NCBI GenBank assembly: GCA_040285825.1
Contig: JAUPSS010000004.1
Coordinates: 62,001-126,000 of the forward strand
Direction of reading: 5' to 3'
Source of the DNA: Eukaryota sp. TZLM1-RC
Lineage: Eukaryota > Protista > Metamonada: BaSk clade
Length of the DNA stretch: 64,000 nucleotides
The position numbers and the translations under genes are program-made. The notes under the pieces were generated by a model that was given only the letters and a program-made list of their open reading frames with translations, searched no databases and was not told the origin of the DNA. The stretch's first letter is position 1. Each line of letters begins with the position of its first letter. This document shows positions 1-10,998 of this stretch, one piece after another.

Positions 1-337
1 TAAAAACGAGAGGAACAATTTGGTTAATTAAATTTAATTCTTTTAAAATTGAATACTTTGCAATTTTATCAGAATAAGCTTTCGAAAAAGCATCACTCCA
101 ATTATTACCATAACCTCCAACTATGGTAACATCAAAAGCAATTTTAGTTGACGTTTGAAAGCCATCAACACGTAACTGCTTATTTAAACCGAATTTAAAT
201 TCCTTTTCAGATTCAAAATTATTTAATTCGTTAATAAAATTATTTACTTCGTCATGTCTTTGTGTAACCATTCTTGAGACTTTTCTACAATGAAACGAGT
301 GATCTAAGCCAAGGTCTCCATAACCACACAAAGGAAT
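1..337 (-). mobile_element. Partial short REL non-LTR insert (family A), cut by the window edge
   Basis: Same sequence as the inserts at 5454-6004 etc.; ends at the duplicated target ATACGATTTACT (338-349). Confidence 0.9.
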
Positions 338-811
338 ATACGATTTACTGAGGCTCATATAAAGTTCCTAGTTTCGTATATTGACCAATGGTTGTTTATT
401 ACAATCATTGGTCAAATCTTTAAAGTCCATTTTGGGACAATTAATATAACAATTGTGGTGTTAAAGTCCGTGCTATGGTCATTTGAGTAGTCATTGGTAT
501 GATTGGTTGAATGGTCATTGGTATGATTAGGTGAGTTGCATGTAGTCTTTATGTACTAGATGTGATCAACTTGTGATCAAACTTTGTGTGAAATTGGGTG
601 TGAGTAATGTTGGCTATGTGTTACTTGGTCAATACAAACTCATGATTACATTTTCAATTGATTTTGTATAAATTTGAATTAATTGAGTTATTAATTTTTA
701 AACATTAAATTGTAAAAATAGTAAAAAAATCAAAAAGTATACAGATGAATGTTGCAAACTAATAAGACCATTGCTGTAAGTGTAAGAGTATTGTTTTTGA
801 TACGATTTACT

Positions 812-1360
812 TTTATTGAAAATTAAAAAAAACTACTTGAACACTAAAAAAAATACCTACCAACATTGACGATCTTCTCTTCTCTTTTGAAGAATATAAT
901 TAAAAGCACTGTGACATTTAAAGCTATTCTTCAAAATGATACAACTAATTTCATCTGCTACCTCATTCAATCCAAATTGGACAAACAGTATTTTTGTTTT
1001 AGTGTAAAAACCCCCATGAACACTAAAAACGAGAGGAACAATTTGGTGAATTAAATTTAATTCTTTTAAAATTGAATATTTTGCAATTTTATCAGAATAA
1101 GCTTTCGAAAAAGCATCACTCCAATTATTACCATAACCTCCAACTATGGTAAAATCAAAAGCAATTTTAGTTGACGTTTAAAAGCCATCAACACGTAACT
1201 GCCTATTTAAACCAAATTTAAATTCCTTTTCAGATTCAAAATTATTTAATTCGTTAATAAAATTATTTACTTCGTCATGTCTTTGTGTAACCATTCTTGA
1301 GACTTTTCTACATTGAAACAAGTGATCTAAGCCTAGGTCTCCATAACCACACAAAGGAAT
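812..1360 (-). pseudogene. Short family A REL insert with nonsense mutations
   Basis: TSD ATACGATTTACT at 800-811 and 1361-1372. Q>stop at 1178-1180 and W>stop near 966 relative to sister copies. Confidence 0.9.
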
Positions 1361-1882
1361 ATACGATTTACTGAGGCTCATATAAAGTTCCTAGTTTCGT
1401 ATATTGACCAATGGTTGTTTATTACAATCATTGGTCAAATCTTTAAAGTCCATTTTGGGACAATTAATATAACAATTGTGGTGTTAAAGTCCGTGCTATG
1501 GTCATTTGAGTAGTCATTGGTATGATTGGTTGAATGGTCATTGGTATGATTAGGTGAGTTGCATGTAGTCTTTATGTACTAGATGTGATCAACTTGTGAT
1601 CAAACTTTGTGTGAAATTGGGTGTGAGTAATGTTGGCTATGTGTTACTTGGTCAATACAAACTCATGATTACATTTTCAATTGATTTTGTATAAATTTGA
1701 ATTAATTGAGTTTATTAATTTTTAAACATTAAATTGTAAAAATAGTAAAAAAATCAAAAAGTATACAGATGAATGTTGCAAACTAATAAGACCATTGCTG
1801 TAAGTGTAAGAGTATCGTTTTTGATACGATTTACTTTTATTGAAAATTAAAAAAAAACTACTTGAACACTAAAAAAAATTAC

Positions 1883-2920
1883 CTACCAACATTGACGATC
1901 TTCTCTTTTCTTTTGAAGAATATAATTAAAAGCACTGTGACATTTAAAGCTATTCTTCAAAATGATACAACTAATTTCATCTGCTACCTCATTCCATCCA
2001 AATTGGACAAACAGTATTTTTGTTTTAGTGTAAAAACCCCCATGAACACTAAAAACGAGGGGAACAATTTGGTGTATTAAATTTAAATCTTTTAAAATTG
2101 AATATTTTGCAATTTTATCAGAATAAGCTTTCGAAAAAGCATCACTCCAATTATTACCATAACCTCCAACTATGGTAAAAACAAAAGCAATTTTAGTTGA
2201 CGTTTGAAAGCCATCAACACGTAACTGCCTATTTAAACCAAATTTAAATTCCTTTTCAGATTCAAAATTATTTAATTCGTTAATAAAATTATTTACTTCG
2301 TCATGTCTTTGTGTAACCATTCTTGAGACTTTTCTACATTGAAACAAGTGATCTAAGCCTAGGTCTCCATAACCACACAAAGGACATATCACAAATTGTT
2401 CTCCTTGAAGCAATCTCAGATTTATTAGGTATTTAAAGCAATCATCTGAGAACGTGAAATTTTGAGAAATAGGCAAAACTTTCAAACAACAAGATGATTG
2501 ACTGCCACAATTTGAAATAAATTGTAGTCGTTCACATTCTGATAGTTTTTCTTTCAAACGACTCAATTTTTCCTTATAAAATAAATGAGTGATTTGACGT
2601 TGGCAAATTTTAATTCGTTTGTCCCAGATTGAGTCAAAACCAGCAAAAGAAGGTGATAAAGCTGATAGTAAAACCCTATACTGATCACTTGGAATTAAAT
2701 TTGTTAAATCAAGATCACGTACAGCCAAGTATACAGAAACTGAATAGCAAATATGTGCAACTTGGCCCAGATGGAGAAACCCTAATCCACCCAAAGAATG
2801 AGGCAAATAAATAAAATCTAAATTATTTGATTCTTCCAATCCTATTAAGTTGAAATAAGCAACAAATTCTGAAACCCAAAGATGAAAACCCATTCTGGTA
2901 TACGATTTACTGAGGCTCAT
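1883..2920 (-). CDS. 345 aa fusion ORF: MSLSKSY from the repeat + 3' part of a non-LTR retrotransposon (LP..GGLG, CCHC knuckle, REL endonuclease)
   Basis: Insert 1836-2899 lies between TSDs 1824-1835 and 2900-2911. Motifs: LPHSLGGLG, CPLC..H...C, RHD, RVDG, K..KY. The second acidic residue is mutated here (FVFT vs FDVT). Confidence 0.85.
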   Translation of the reverse strand: MSLSKSYTRMGFHLWVSEFVAYFNLIGLEESNNLDFIYLPHSLGGLGFLHLGQVAHICYSVSVYLAVRDLDLTNLIPSDQYRVLLSALSPSFAGFDSIWDKRIKICQRQITHLFYKEKLSRLKEKLSECERLQFISNCGSQSSCCLKVLPISQNFTFSDDCFKYLINLRLLQGEQFVICPLCGYGDLGLDHLFQCRKVSRMVTQRHDEVNNFINELNNFESEKEFKFGLNRQLRVDGFQTSTKIAFVFTIVGGYGNNWSDAFSKAYSDKIAKYSILKDLNLIHQIVPLVFSVHGGFYTKTKILFVQFGWNEVADEISCIILKNSFKCHSAFNYILQKKREDRQCW

Positions 2921-3272
2921 ATAAAGTTCCTAGTTTCGTATATTGACCAATGGTTGTTTATTACAATCATTGGTCAAATCTTTAAAGTCCATTTTGGGAC
3001 AATTAATATAACAATTGTGGTGTTAAAGTCCGTGCTATGGTCATTTGATTAGTCATTGGCATGATTGGTTGAATGGTCATTGGTATGATTAGGTGAGTTG
3101 CATGTAGTCTTTATGTACTAGATGTGATCAACTTGTGATCAAACTTTGTGTGAAATTGTGTGTGAGTAATGTTGGCTATGTGTTACCTGATCAGTACAAA
3201 CTCATGATTACATTTTCAATTGATTTTGTATATATTTGAATTAATTGAGTTTATTAATTTTAAACGTTAAAT

Positions 3273-4413
3273 ATTTAGCAGAGTATTTATGCAAAAGTGC
3301 TTTTATTGGTGGTATGAAAAATTTTCTTTTTGAATGGAAACTTCGTTTTGATCATATTCCTTTGAATGAATCACATCCTTTATTAATTTCTCTTGACAAA
3401 ATGGTGCAAGAACTACCTGTTGATGTTTGGAATAGGAGTTTTCCTTCAAGTTTGCCTACTGTGCCTTCGAGATCTTTCACCAATCTTCATCTTGCTGTTG
3501 TGAAATTACAGAAGTCTGTTCTTATTGGTTTTGAAGACCAGGATTTTTCTAAACGACTTAGTGTGACTAAGATTAATAATCCCGTCTTTGCTGCCTTTTT
3601 ATCAGACATTCAGAACTGTACTAGTTTAATATCTCAGCAACCAAGGCCATTTGGTCTTCACTTAACAAATGAAGCTTGGAAACAAAACATGCGGTTGAGA
3701 TTAGGGATGTATCCAAGTGGTCTTTTGGACAATTCTTATTGTATTTGTAACAAAAAACCTACTGCCAATTTTCGTCATATTGTGAGCTGTAAGAAATTTC
3801 TCCAATATAGGTCAGTTCTTCATAATGCCGTTCGTGATGTGACATATGAGATGTTCAAGTGTTACAATTTTAGTTGCAAAGTAGAACCTTTGTTGAAGCA
3901 TTATAGTGATGATAATCTTTTTAATTCACGTCGAGGTGATTTAATTGCTCCTTTTGTGGATTCCTCTCAAGTTGTTGTTGATTTCACTACAGTTGATCCC
4001 TTTGCTTTGGTTTATCGCGATGATGTTTTACTTAGTAATAATGGTCATTTGAACAAGGCTGAAGATCGTAAGAGAGATAAATATACTGAGATATTAAATG
4101 ATTTAAATAAGAACCTTTATTCGAAGTTTTCGTTTGTTCCTTTTGCCTTTTCGATTTTTGGCAACATTGGACAATCCGCCTTGAATTTCATCAATGATTT
4201 TGGTAATTTATGTCGTTCAAGTGGTAAGAATTTTGCAGAGAATTTATGGAAAAATCGTATCATTTTCGCTTTGTACAGAAGTGTTCCCAAGTACTTGAGT
4301 TTAATGATGTCTAAACTTTATAAGGATTCATCAAGAGTTGGCGTGGAGAATTTAGTTTCTTATGTGTTTTAGTTTTTTTATTTGATTCTTCGTGGAAAAT
4401 GATGAAATAATAA
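3273..4413 (+). mobile_element. 5'-truncated REL non-LTR retrotransposon (family B), ORF open to 4372
   Basis: 13-bp TSD TTAAACGTTAAAT at 3260-3272 and 4414-4426. Motifs: CICNK..H...C, HNAVRD, VEP, RRGDL, VDFTTVD, K..KY, FVPFAFS. Confidence 0.92.
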
Positions 4414-5500
4414 TTAAACGTTAAATTGTAAAAATAGTAAAAAATCAAAAAGTATACAATTGAATGTTGCAAACTAATAAAACAATTGTTGTAAGTGTAA
4501 GAGTATCGTTTTTGATACGATTTACTGAGGCTCATATGAAGTTCCTAGTTTCGTATATTGACCAATGGTTGTTTATTACAATCATTGGTCAAATCTTTAA
4601 AGTCCATTTTGGGACAATTAATATAACAATTGTGGTGTTAAAGTGACGTGCTATGATCATTTGAGTAGTCATTGGTATGATTGGTTGAATGGTCATTGGT
4701 ATGATTTGGTGAGTTGCATGTAGTCTTTATGTACTAGATGTGATCAAATTGTGATCGAACTTTGTGTGAAATTGTGTGTGAATAATGTTGGCTATGTGTT
4801 ACTTGATCAGTACAAACTCGTGATTACATTTTCAATTGATTTTGTATATATTTGAATTAATTGAGTTTATTAATTTTTAAACAATAAATTGTAAAAATAG
4901 TAAAAAAAATCAAAAAGTATACAGATGAATGTTGCAAACTAATGAAACCATTGTTGTAAGTGTAAGAGTATCGTTTTTGATACGATTTACTGAGGCTCAT
5001 ATGAAGTTCCTAGTTTCGTATATTGACCAATGGTTGTTTATTACAATCATTGGTCAAATCTTTAAAGTCCATTTTGGGACAATTAATATAACAATTGTGG
5101 TGTTAAAGTGACGTGCTATGATCATTTGAGTAGTCATTGGTATGATTGGTTGAATGGTCATTGGTATGATTTGGTGAGTTGCATGTAGTCTTTATGTACT
5201 AGATGTGATCAAATTGTGATCAAACTTTGTGTGAAATTGGGTGTGAATAATGTTGGCTATGTGTTACTTGATCAGTACAAACTCATGATTACATTTTCAA
5301 TTGATTATATATATTTGAATTAATTGAGTTTATTAATTTTTAAACAATAAATTGTAAAAATAGTAAAAAAATCAAAAAGTATACAGATGAATGTTGCAAA
5401 CTAATAAAACCATTGCTGTAAGTGTAAGAGTATCGTTTTTGATACGATTTACTTTTATTGAAAATTAAGAAGAAACTACTTGAATACTGAAAAAAACTAC

Positions 5501-6025
5501 CTACCAACATTGACGATCTTCTCTTTTCTTTTGAAGTATATAATTAAAAGCACTGTGGCATTTAAAGCTACTCTTCAAAATGATACAACTAATTTCATCT
5601 GCTACCTCATTCCATCCAAATTGGTCAAACAGTATTTTTGTTTTAGTGTAAAAACCCCCATGAACACTAAAAACGAGAGGAACAATTTGGTTAATTAAAT
5701 TTAATTCTTTTAAAATTGAATACTTTGCAATTTTATCAGAATAAGCTTTCGAAAAAGCATCACTCCAATTATTACCATAACCTCCAACTATGGTAACATC
5801 AAAAGCAATTTTAGTTGACGTTTGAAAGCCATCAACACGTAACTGCTTATTTAAACCGAATTTAAATTCCTTTTCAGATTCAAAATTATTTAATTCGTTA
5901 ATAAAATTATTTACTTCGTCATGTCTTTGTGTAACCATTCTTGAGACTTTTCTACAATGAAACGAGTGATCTAAGCCAAGGTCTCCATAACCACACAAAG
6001 GAATATACGATTTACTGAGGCTCAT
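5501..6025 (-). CDS. 174 aa REL endonuclease-only fusion ORF (short family A insert 5454-6004)
   Basis: TSDs 5442-5453 and 6005-6016. RHD..RVDG..FDVT..K..KY intact. ATG supplied by the repeat unit. Confidence 0.8.
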   Translation of the reverse strand: MSLSKSYIPLCGYGDLGLDHSFHCRKVSRMVTQRHDEVNNFINELNNFESEKEFKFGLNKQLRVDGFQTSTKIAFDVTIVGGYGNNWSDAFSKAYSDKIAKYSILKELNLINQIVPLVFSVHGGFYTKTKILFDQFGWNEVADEISCIILKSSFKCHSAFNYILQKKREDRQCW

Positions 6026-6527
6026 ATAAAGTTCCTAGTTTCGTATATTGACCAATGGTTGTTTATTACAATCATTGGTCAAATCTTTAAAGTCCATTTT
6101 GGGACAATTAATATAACAATTGTGGTGTTAAAGTCCGTGCTATGGTCATTTGATTAGTCATTGGCATGATTGGTTGAATGGTCATTGGTATGATTAGGTG
6201 AGTTGCATGTAGTCTTTATGTACTAGATGTGATCAACTTGTGATCAAACTTTGTGTGAAATTGGGTGTGAGTAATGTTGGCTATGTGTTACTTGGTCAAT
6301 ACAAACTCATGATTACATTTTCAATTGATTTTGTATAAATTAGGAATTAATTGAGTTATTAATTTTTAAACATTAAATTGTAAAAATAGTAAAAAAATCA
6401 AAAAGTATACAGATGAATGTTGCAAACTAATAAGACCATTGCTGTAAGTGTAAGAGTATTGTTTTTGATACGATTTACTTTTATTGAAAATTAAGAAGAA
6501 ACTACTTGAATACTGAAAAAAAACTAC

Positions 6528-7052
6528 CTACCAACATTGACGATCTTCTCTTTTCTTTTGAAGTATATAATTAAAAGCACTGTGGCATTTAAAGCTACTC
6601 TTCAAAATGATACAACTAATTTCATCTGCTACCTCATTCCATCCAAATTGGTCAAACAGTATTTTTGTTTTAGTGTAAAAACCCCCATGAACACTAAAAA
6701 CGAGAGGAACAATTTGGTTAATTAAATTTAATTCTTTTAAAATTGAATACTTTGCAATTTTATCAGAATTAGCTTTCGAAAAAGCATCACTCCAATTATT
6801 ACCATAACCTCCAACTATGGTAACATCAAAAGCAATTTTAGTTGACGTTTGAAAGCCATCAACACGTAACTGCTTATTTAAACCGAATTTAAATTCCTTT
6901 TCAGATTCAAAATTATTGAATTCGTTAATAAAATTATTTACTTCGTCATGTCTTTGTGTAACCATTCTTGAGACTTTTCTACAATGAAACGAGTGATCTA
7001 AGCCAAGGTCTCCATAACCACACAAAGGAATATACGATTTACTGAGGCTCAT
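6528..7052 (-). CDS. 174 aa REL endonuclease-only fusion ORF (insert 6480-7031)
   Basis: TSDs 6468-6479 and 7032-7043; same motifs. Confidence 0.8.
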   Translation of the reverse strand: MSLSKSYIPLCGYGDLGLDHSFHCRKVSRMVTQRHDEVNNFINEFNNFESEKEFKFGLNKQLRVDGFQTSTKIAFDVTIVGGYGNNWSDAFSKANSDKIAKYSILKELNLINQIVPLVFSVHGGFYTKTKILFDQFGWNEVADEISCIILKSSFKCHSAFNYILQKKREDRQCW

Positions 7053-7552
7053 ATAAAGTTCCTAGTTTCGTATATTGACCAATGGTTGTTTATTACAATC
7101 ATTGGTCAAATCTTTAAAGTCCATTTTGGGACAATTAATATAACAATTGTGGTGTTAAAGTCCGTGCTATGGTCATTTGATTAGTCATTGGCATGATTGG
7201 TTGAATGGTCATTGGTATGATCAGGTGAGTTGCATGTAGTCTTTATGTACTAGATGTGATCAACTTGTGATCAAACTTTGTGTGAAATTGGGTGTGAGTA
7301 ATGTTGGCTATGTGTTACTTGGTCAATACAAACTCATGATTACATTTTCAATTGATTTTTGTATAAATTTGAATTAATTGAGTTATTAATTTTTAAACAT
7401 TAAATTGTAAAAATAGTAAAAAAATCAAAAAGTATACAATTGAATGTTGCAAACTAATAAAACCATTGCTGTAAGTGTAAGAGTATCGTTTTTGATACGA
7501 TTTACTTTTATTGAAAATTAAGAAGAAACTACTTGAATACTAAAAAAACTAC

Positions 7553-8077
7553 CTACCAACATTGACGATCTTCTCTTTTCTTTTGAAGTATATAATTAAA
7601 AGCACTGTGGCATTTAAAGCTATTCTTCAAAATGATACAACTAATTTCATCTGCTACCTCATTCCATCCAAATTGGTCAAACAGTATTTTTGTTTTAGTG
7701 TAAAAACCCCCATGAACACTAAAAACGAGAGGAACAATTTGGTTAATTAAATTTAATTCTTTTAAAATTGAATACTTTGCAATTTTATCAGAATAAGCTT
7801 TCGAAAAAGCATCACTCCAATTATTACCATAACCTCCAACTATGGTAACATCAAAAGCAATTTTAGTTGACGTTTGAAAGCCATCAACACGTAACTGCTT
7901 ATTTAAACCGAATTTAAATTCCTTTTCAGATTCAAAATTATTGAATTCGTTAATAAAATTATTTACTTCGTCATGTCTTTGTGTAACCATTCTTGAGACT
8001 TTTCTACAATGAAACGAGTGATCTAAGCCAAGGTCTCCATAACCACACAAAGGAATATACGATTTACTGAGGCTCAT
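7553..8077 (-). CDS. 174 aa REL endonuclease-only fusion ORF (insert 7507-8056)
   Basis: TSDs 7495-7506 and 8057-8068; same motifs. Confidence 0.8.
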   Translation of the reverse strand: MSLSKSYIPLCGYGDLGLDHSFHCRKVSRMVTQRHDEVNNFINEFNNFESEKEFKFGLNKQLRVDGFQTSTKIAFDVTIVGGYGNNWSDAFSKAYSDKIAKYSILKELNLINQIVPLVFSVHGGFYTKTKILFDQFGWNEVADEISCIILKNSFKCHSAFNYILQKKREDRQCW

Positions 8078-8577
8078 ATAAAGTTCCTAGTTTCGTATAT
8101 TGACCAATGGTTGTTTATTACAATCATTGGTCAAATCTTTAAAGTCCATTTTGGGACAATTAATATAACAATTGTGGTGTTAAAGTCCGTGCTATGGTCA
8201 TTTGATTAGTCATTGGCATGATTGGTTGAATGGTCATTGGTATGATCAGGTGAGTTGCATGTAGTCTTTATGTACTAGATGTGATCAACTTGTGATCAAA
8301 CTTTGTGTGAAATTGGGTGTGAGTAATGTTGGCTATGTGTTACTTGGTCAATACAAACTCATGATTACATTTTCAATTGATTTTGTATAAATTTGAATTA
8401 ATTGAGTTATTAATTTTTAAACATTAAATTGTAAAAATAGTAAAAAAATCAAAAAGTATACAGATGAATGTTGCAAACTAATAAGACCATTGCTGTAAGT
8501 GTAAGAGTATCGTTTTTGATACGATTTACTTTTATTGAAAATTAAGAAGAAACTACTTGAATACTAAAAAAAACTAC

Positions 8578-9102
8578 CTACCAACATTGACGATCTTCTC
8601 TTTTCTTTTGAAGTATATAATTAAAAGCACTGTGGCATTTAAAGCTACTCTTCAAAATGATACAACTAATTTCATCTGCTACCTCATTCCATCCAAATTG
8701 GTCAAACAGTATTTTTGTTTTAGTGTAAAAACCCCCATGAACACTAAAAACGAGAGGAACAATTTGGTTAATTAAATTTAATTCTTTTAAAATTGAATAC
8801 TTTGCAATTTTATCAGAATAAGCTTTCGAAAAAGCATCACTCCAATTATTACCATAACCTCCAACTATGGTAACATCAAAAGCAATTTTAGTTGACGTTT
8901 GAAAGCCATCAACACGTAACTGCTTATTTAAACCGAATTTAAATTCCTTTTCAGATTCAAAATTATTTAATTCGTTAATAAAATTATTTACTTCGTCATG
9001 TCTTTGTGTAACCATTCTTGAGACTTTTCTACAATGAAACGAGTGATCTAAACCAAGGTCTCCATAACCACACAAAGGAATATACGATTTACTGAGGCTC
9101 AT
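8578..9102 (-). CDS. 174 aa REL endonuclease-only fusion ORF (insert 8531-9081)
   Basis: TSDs 8519-8530 and 9082-9093; same motifs. Confidence 0.8.
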   Translation of the reverse strand: MSLSKSYIPLCGYGDLGLDHSFHCRKVSRMVTQRHDEVNNFINELNNFESEKEFKFGLNKQLRVDGFQTSTKIAFDVTIVGGYGNNWSDAFSKAYSDKIAKYSILKELNLINQIVPLVFSVHGGFYTKTKILFDQFGWNEVADEISCIILKSSFKCHSAFNYILQKKREDRQCW

Positions 9103-9603
9103 ATAAAGTTCCTAGTTTCGTATATTGACCAATGGTTGTTTATTACAATCATTGGTCAAATCTTTAAAGTCCATTTTGGGACAATTAATATAACAATTGT
9201 GGTGTTAAAGTCCGTGCTATGGTCATTTGATTAGTCATTGGCATGATTGGTTGAATGGTCATTGGTATGATTAGGTGAGTTGCATGTAGTCTTTATGTAC
9301 TAGATGTGATCAACTTGTGATCAAACTTTGTGTGAAATTGGGTGTGAGTAATGTTGGCTATGTGTTACTTGGTCAATACAAACTCATGATTACATTTTCA
9401 ATTGATTTTGTATAAATTTGAATTAATTGAGTTATTAATTTTTAAACATAAAATTGTAAAAATAGTAAAAAAATCAAAAAGTATACAGATGAATGTTGCA
9501 AACTAATAAGACCATTGCTGTAAGTGTAAGAGTATCGTTTTTGATACGATTTACTTTTATTGAAAATTAAGAAGAAACTACTTGAATACTGAAAAAAAAC
9601 TAC

Positions 9604-10641
9604 CTACCAACATTGACGATCTTCTCTTTTCTTTTGAAGTATATAATTAAAAGCACTGTGGCATTTAAAGCTACTCTTCAAAATGATACAACTAATTTCA
9701 TCTGCTACCTCATTCCATCCAAATTGGTCAAACAGTATTTTTGTTTTAGTGTAAAAACCCCCATGAACACTAAAAACGAGAGGAACAATTTGGTTAATTA
9801 AATTTAATTCTTTTAAAATTGAATACTTTGCAATTTTATCAGAATAAGCTTTCGAAAAAGCATCACTCCAATTATTACCATAACCTCCAACTATGGTAAC
9901 ATCAAAAGCAATTTTAGTTGACGTTTGAAAGCCATCAACACGTAACTGCCTATTTAAACCAAATTTAAATTCCTTTTCAGATTCAAAATTATTTAATTCG
10001 TTAATAAAATTATTTACTTCGTCATGTCTTTGTGTAACCATTCTTGAGACTTTTCTACATTGAAACAAGTGATCTAAGCCTAGGTCTCCATAACCACACA
10101 AAGGACATATCACAAATTGTTCTCCTTGAAGCAATCTCAGATTTATTAGGTATTTAAAGCAATCATCTGAGAACGTGAAATTTTGAGAAATAGGCAAAAC
10201 TTTCAAAAAACAAGATGATTGACTGCCACAATTTGAAATAAATTGTAGTCGTTCACATTCTGATAGTTTTTCTTTCAAACGACTCAATTTTTCCTTATAA
10301 AATAAATGAGTGATTTGACGTTGGCAAATTTTAATTCGTTTGTCCCAGATTGAGTCAAAACCAGCAAAAGAAGGTGATAAAGCTGATAGTAAAACCCTAT
10401 ACTGATCACTTGGAATTAAATTTGTTAAATCAAGATCACGTACAGCCAAGTATACAGAAACTGAATAGCAAATATGTGCAACTTGGCCCAGATGGAGAAA
10501 CCCTAATCCACCCAAAGAATGAGGCAAATAAATTAAATCTAAATTATTTGATTCTTCCAATCCTATTAAGTTGAAATAAGCAACAAATTCTGAAACCCAA
10601 AGATGAAAACCCATTCTGGTATACGATTTACTGAGGCTCAT
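9604..10641 (-). CDS. 345 aa long family A fusion ORF with intact CCHC and REL motifs (insert 9556-10620)
   Basis: TSDs 9544-9555 and 10621-10632. CPLC..HLFQC, RHD, RVDG, FDVT, KIAKY. Confidence 0.85.
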   Translation of the reverse strand: MSLSKSYTRMGFHLWVSEFVAYFNLIGLEESNNLDLIYLPHSLGGLGFLHLGQVAHICYSVSVYLAVRDLDLTNLIPSDQYRVLLSALSPSFAGFDSIWDKRIKICQRQITHLFYKEKLSRLKEKLSECERLQFISNCGSQSSCFLKVLPISQNFTFSDDCFKYLINLRLLQGEQFVICPLCGYGDLGLDHLFQCRKVSRMVTQRHDEVNNFINELNNFESEKEFKFGLNRQLRVDGFQTSTKIAFDVTIVGGYGNNWSDAFSKAYSDKIAKYSILKELNLINQIVPLVFSVHGGFYTKTKILFDQFGWNEVADEISCIILKSSFKCHSAFNYILQKKREDRQCW

Positions 10642-10816
10642 ATAAAGTTCCTAGTTTCGTATATTGACCAATGGTTGTTTATTACAATCATTGGTCAAAT
10701 CTTTAAAGTCCATTTTGGGACAATTAATATAACAATTGTGGTGTTAAAGTCCGTGCTATGGTCATTTGATTAGTCATTGGCATGATTGGTTGAATGGTCA
10801 TTGGTATGATTAGGTC

Positions 10817-10998
10817 TTTATTGAATTTCTAAAAGAAAAAGAACGAAAAGACTATAAAAGTAAATGAAAAAAACATAAACTACCAAAACCTACGAGCTTC
10901 ATGAATTCTTTGAAGAATAGAATTAAATGCTTGATTACATCTAAAACTATTTTTCTGAATTATACAACTAATTTCACTACAAAGCTCAATCCAACCAA
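10817..10998 (-). mobile_element. 3' end of a sibling REL family, terminating the array
   Basis: Minus strand reads LGWIELCSEISCIIQKNSFRCNQAFNSILQRIHEARRFW*, aligning to family A GWNEVADEISCIILKNSFKCHSAFNYILQKKREDRQCW*. Ends in AATAAA. Confidence 0.85.

Larger units (their letters stand above)
1..10815. repeat. Tandem array of a ~462-465 bp unit (9 complete + 1 partial) interrupted by site-specific retrotransposon inserts
   Basis: The near-identical unit ATACGATTTACTGAGGCTCAT...GAGTAT(C/T)GTTTTTG starts at 338, 1361, 2900, 4515, 4980, 6005, 7032, 8057, 9082 and 10621. Empty junctions at 4515 and 4980 give a 465 bp period. The array runs off the left edge of the window. Confidence 0.97.

Noticed and set aside
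345-440. Hammerhead ribozyme in the unit (CGAAAC next to a stem on the minus strand)
   Set aside because: No CUGANGA core at the required position.
776-786. CTTACACTTAC (minus strand) as a telomerase-like template
   Set aside because: An 11-nt near-tandem is expected by chance, and no matching telomeric repeats occur in the window.
4460-4620. Array unit as U1, U2, U4 or U6 snRNA, or an 18S fragment
   Set aside because: Only short look-alikes (ACTTAC, AAGTGTA..GTATC, AACGATAC, GGCTCAT). The invariant ACAGAGA, GTAGTA and ACTTACCTG motifs are absent.
866-10574. Short plus-strand ORFs (MTIFS..., MNTKK..., MSQNQ..., MLQTN...)
   Set aside because: Antisense shadows of the inserts or non-ATG frames in the repeat, with no motifs.
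1-10815. CRISPR array
   Set aside because: The repeats are ~465 bp, the inserts are near-identical retroelement pieces with TSDs, and there are no cas genes.
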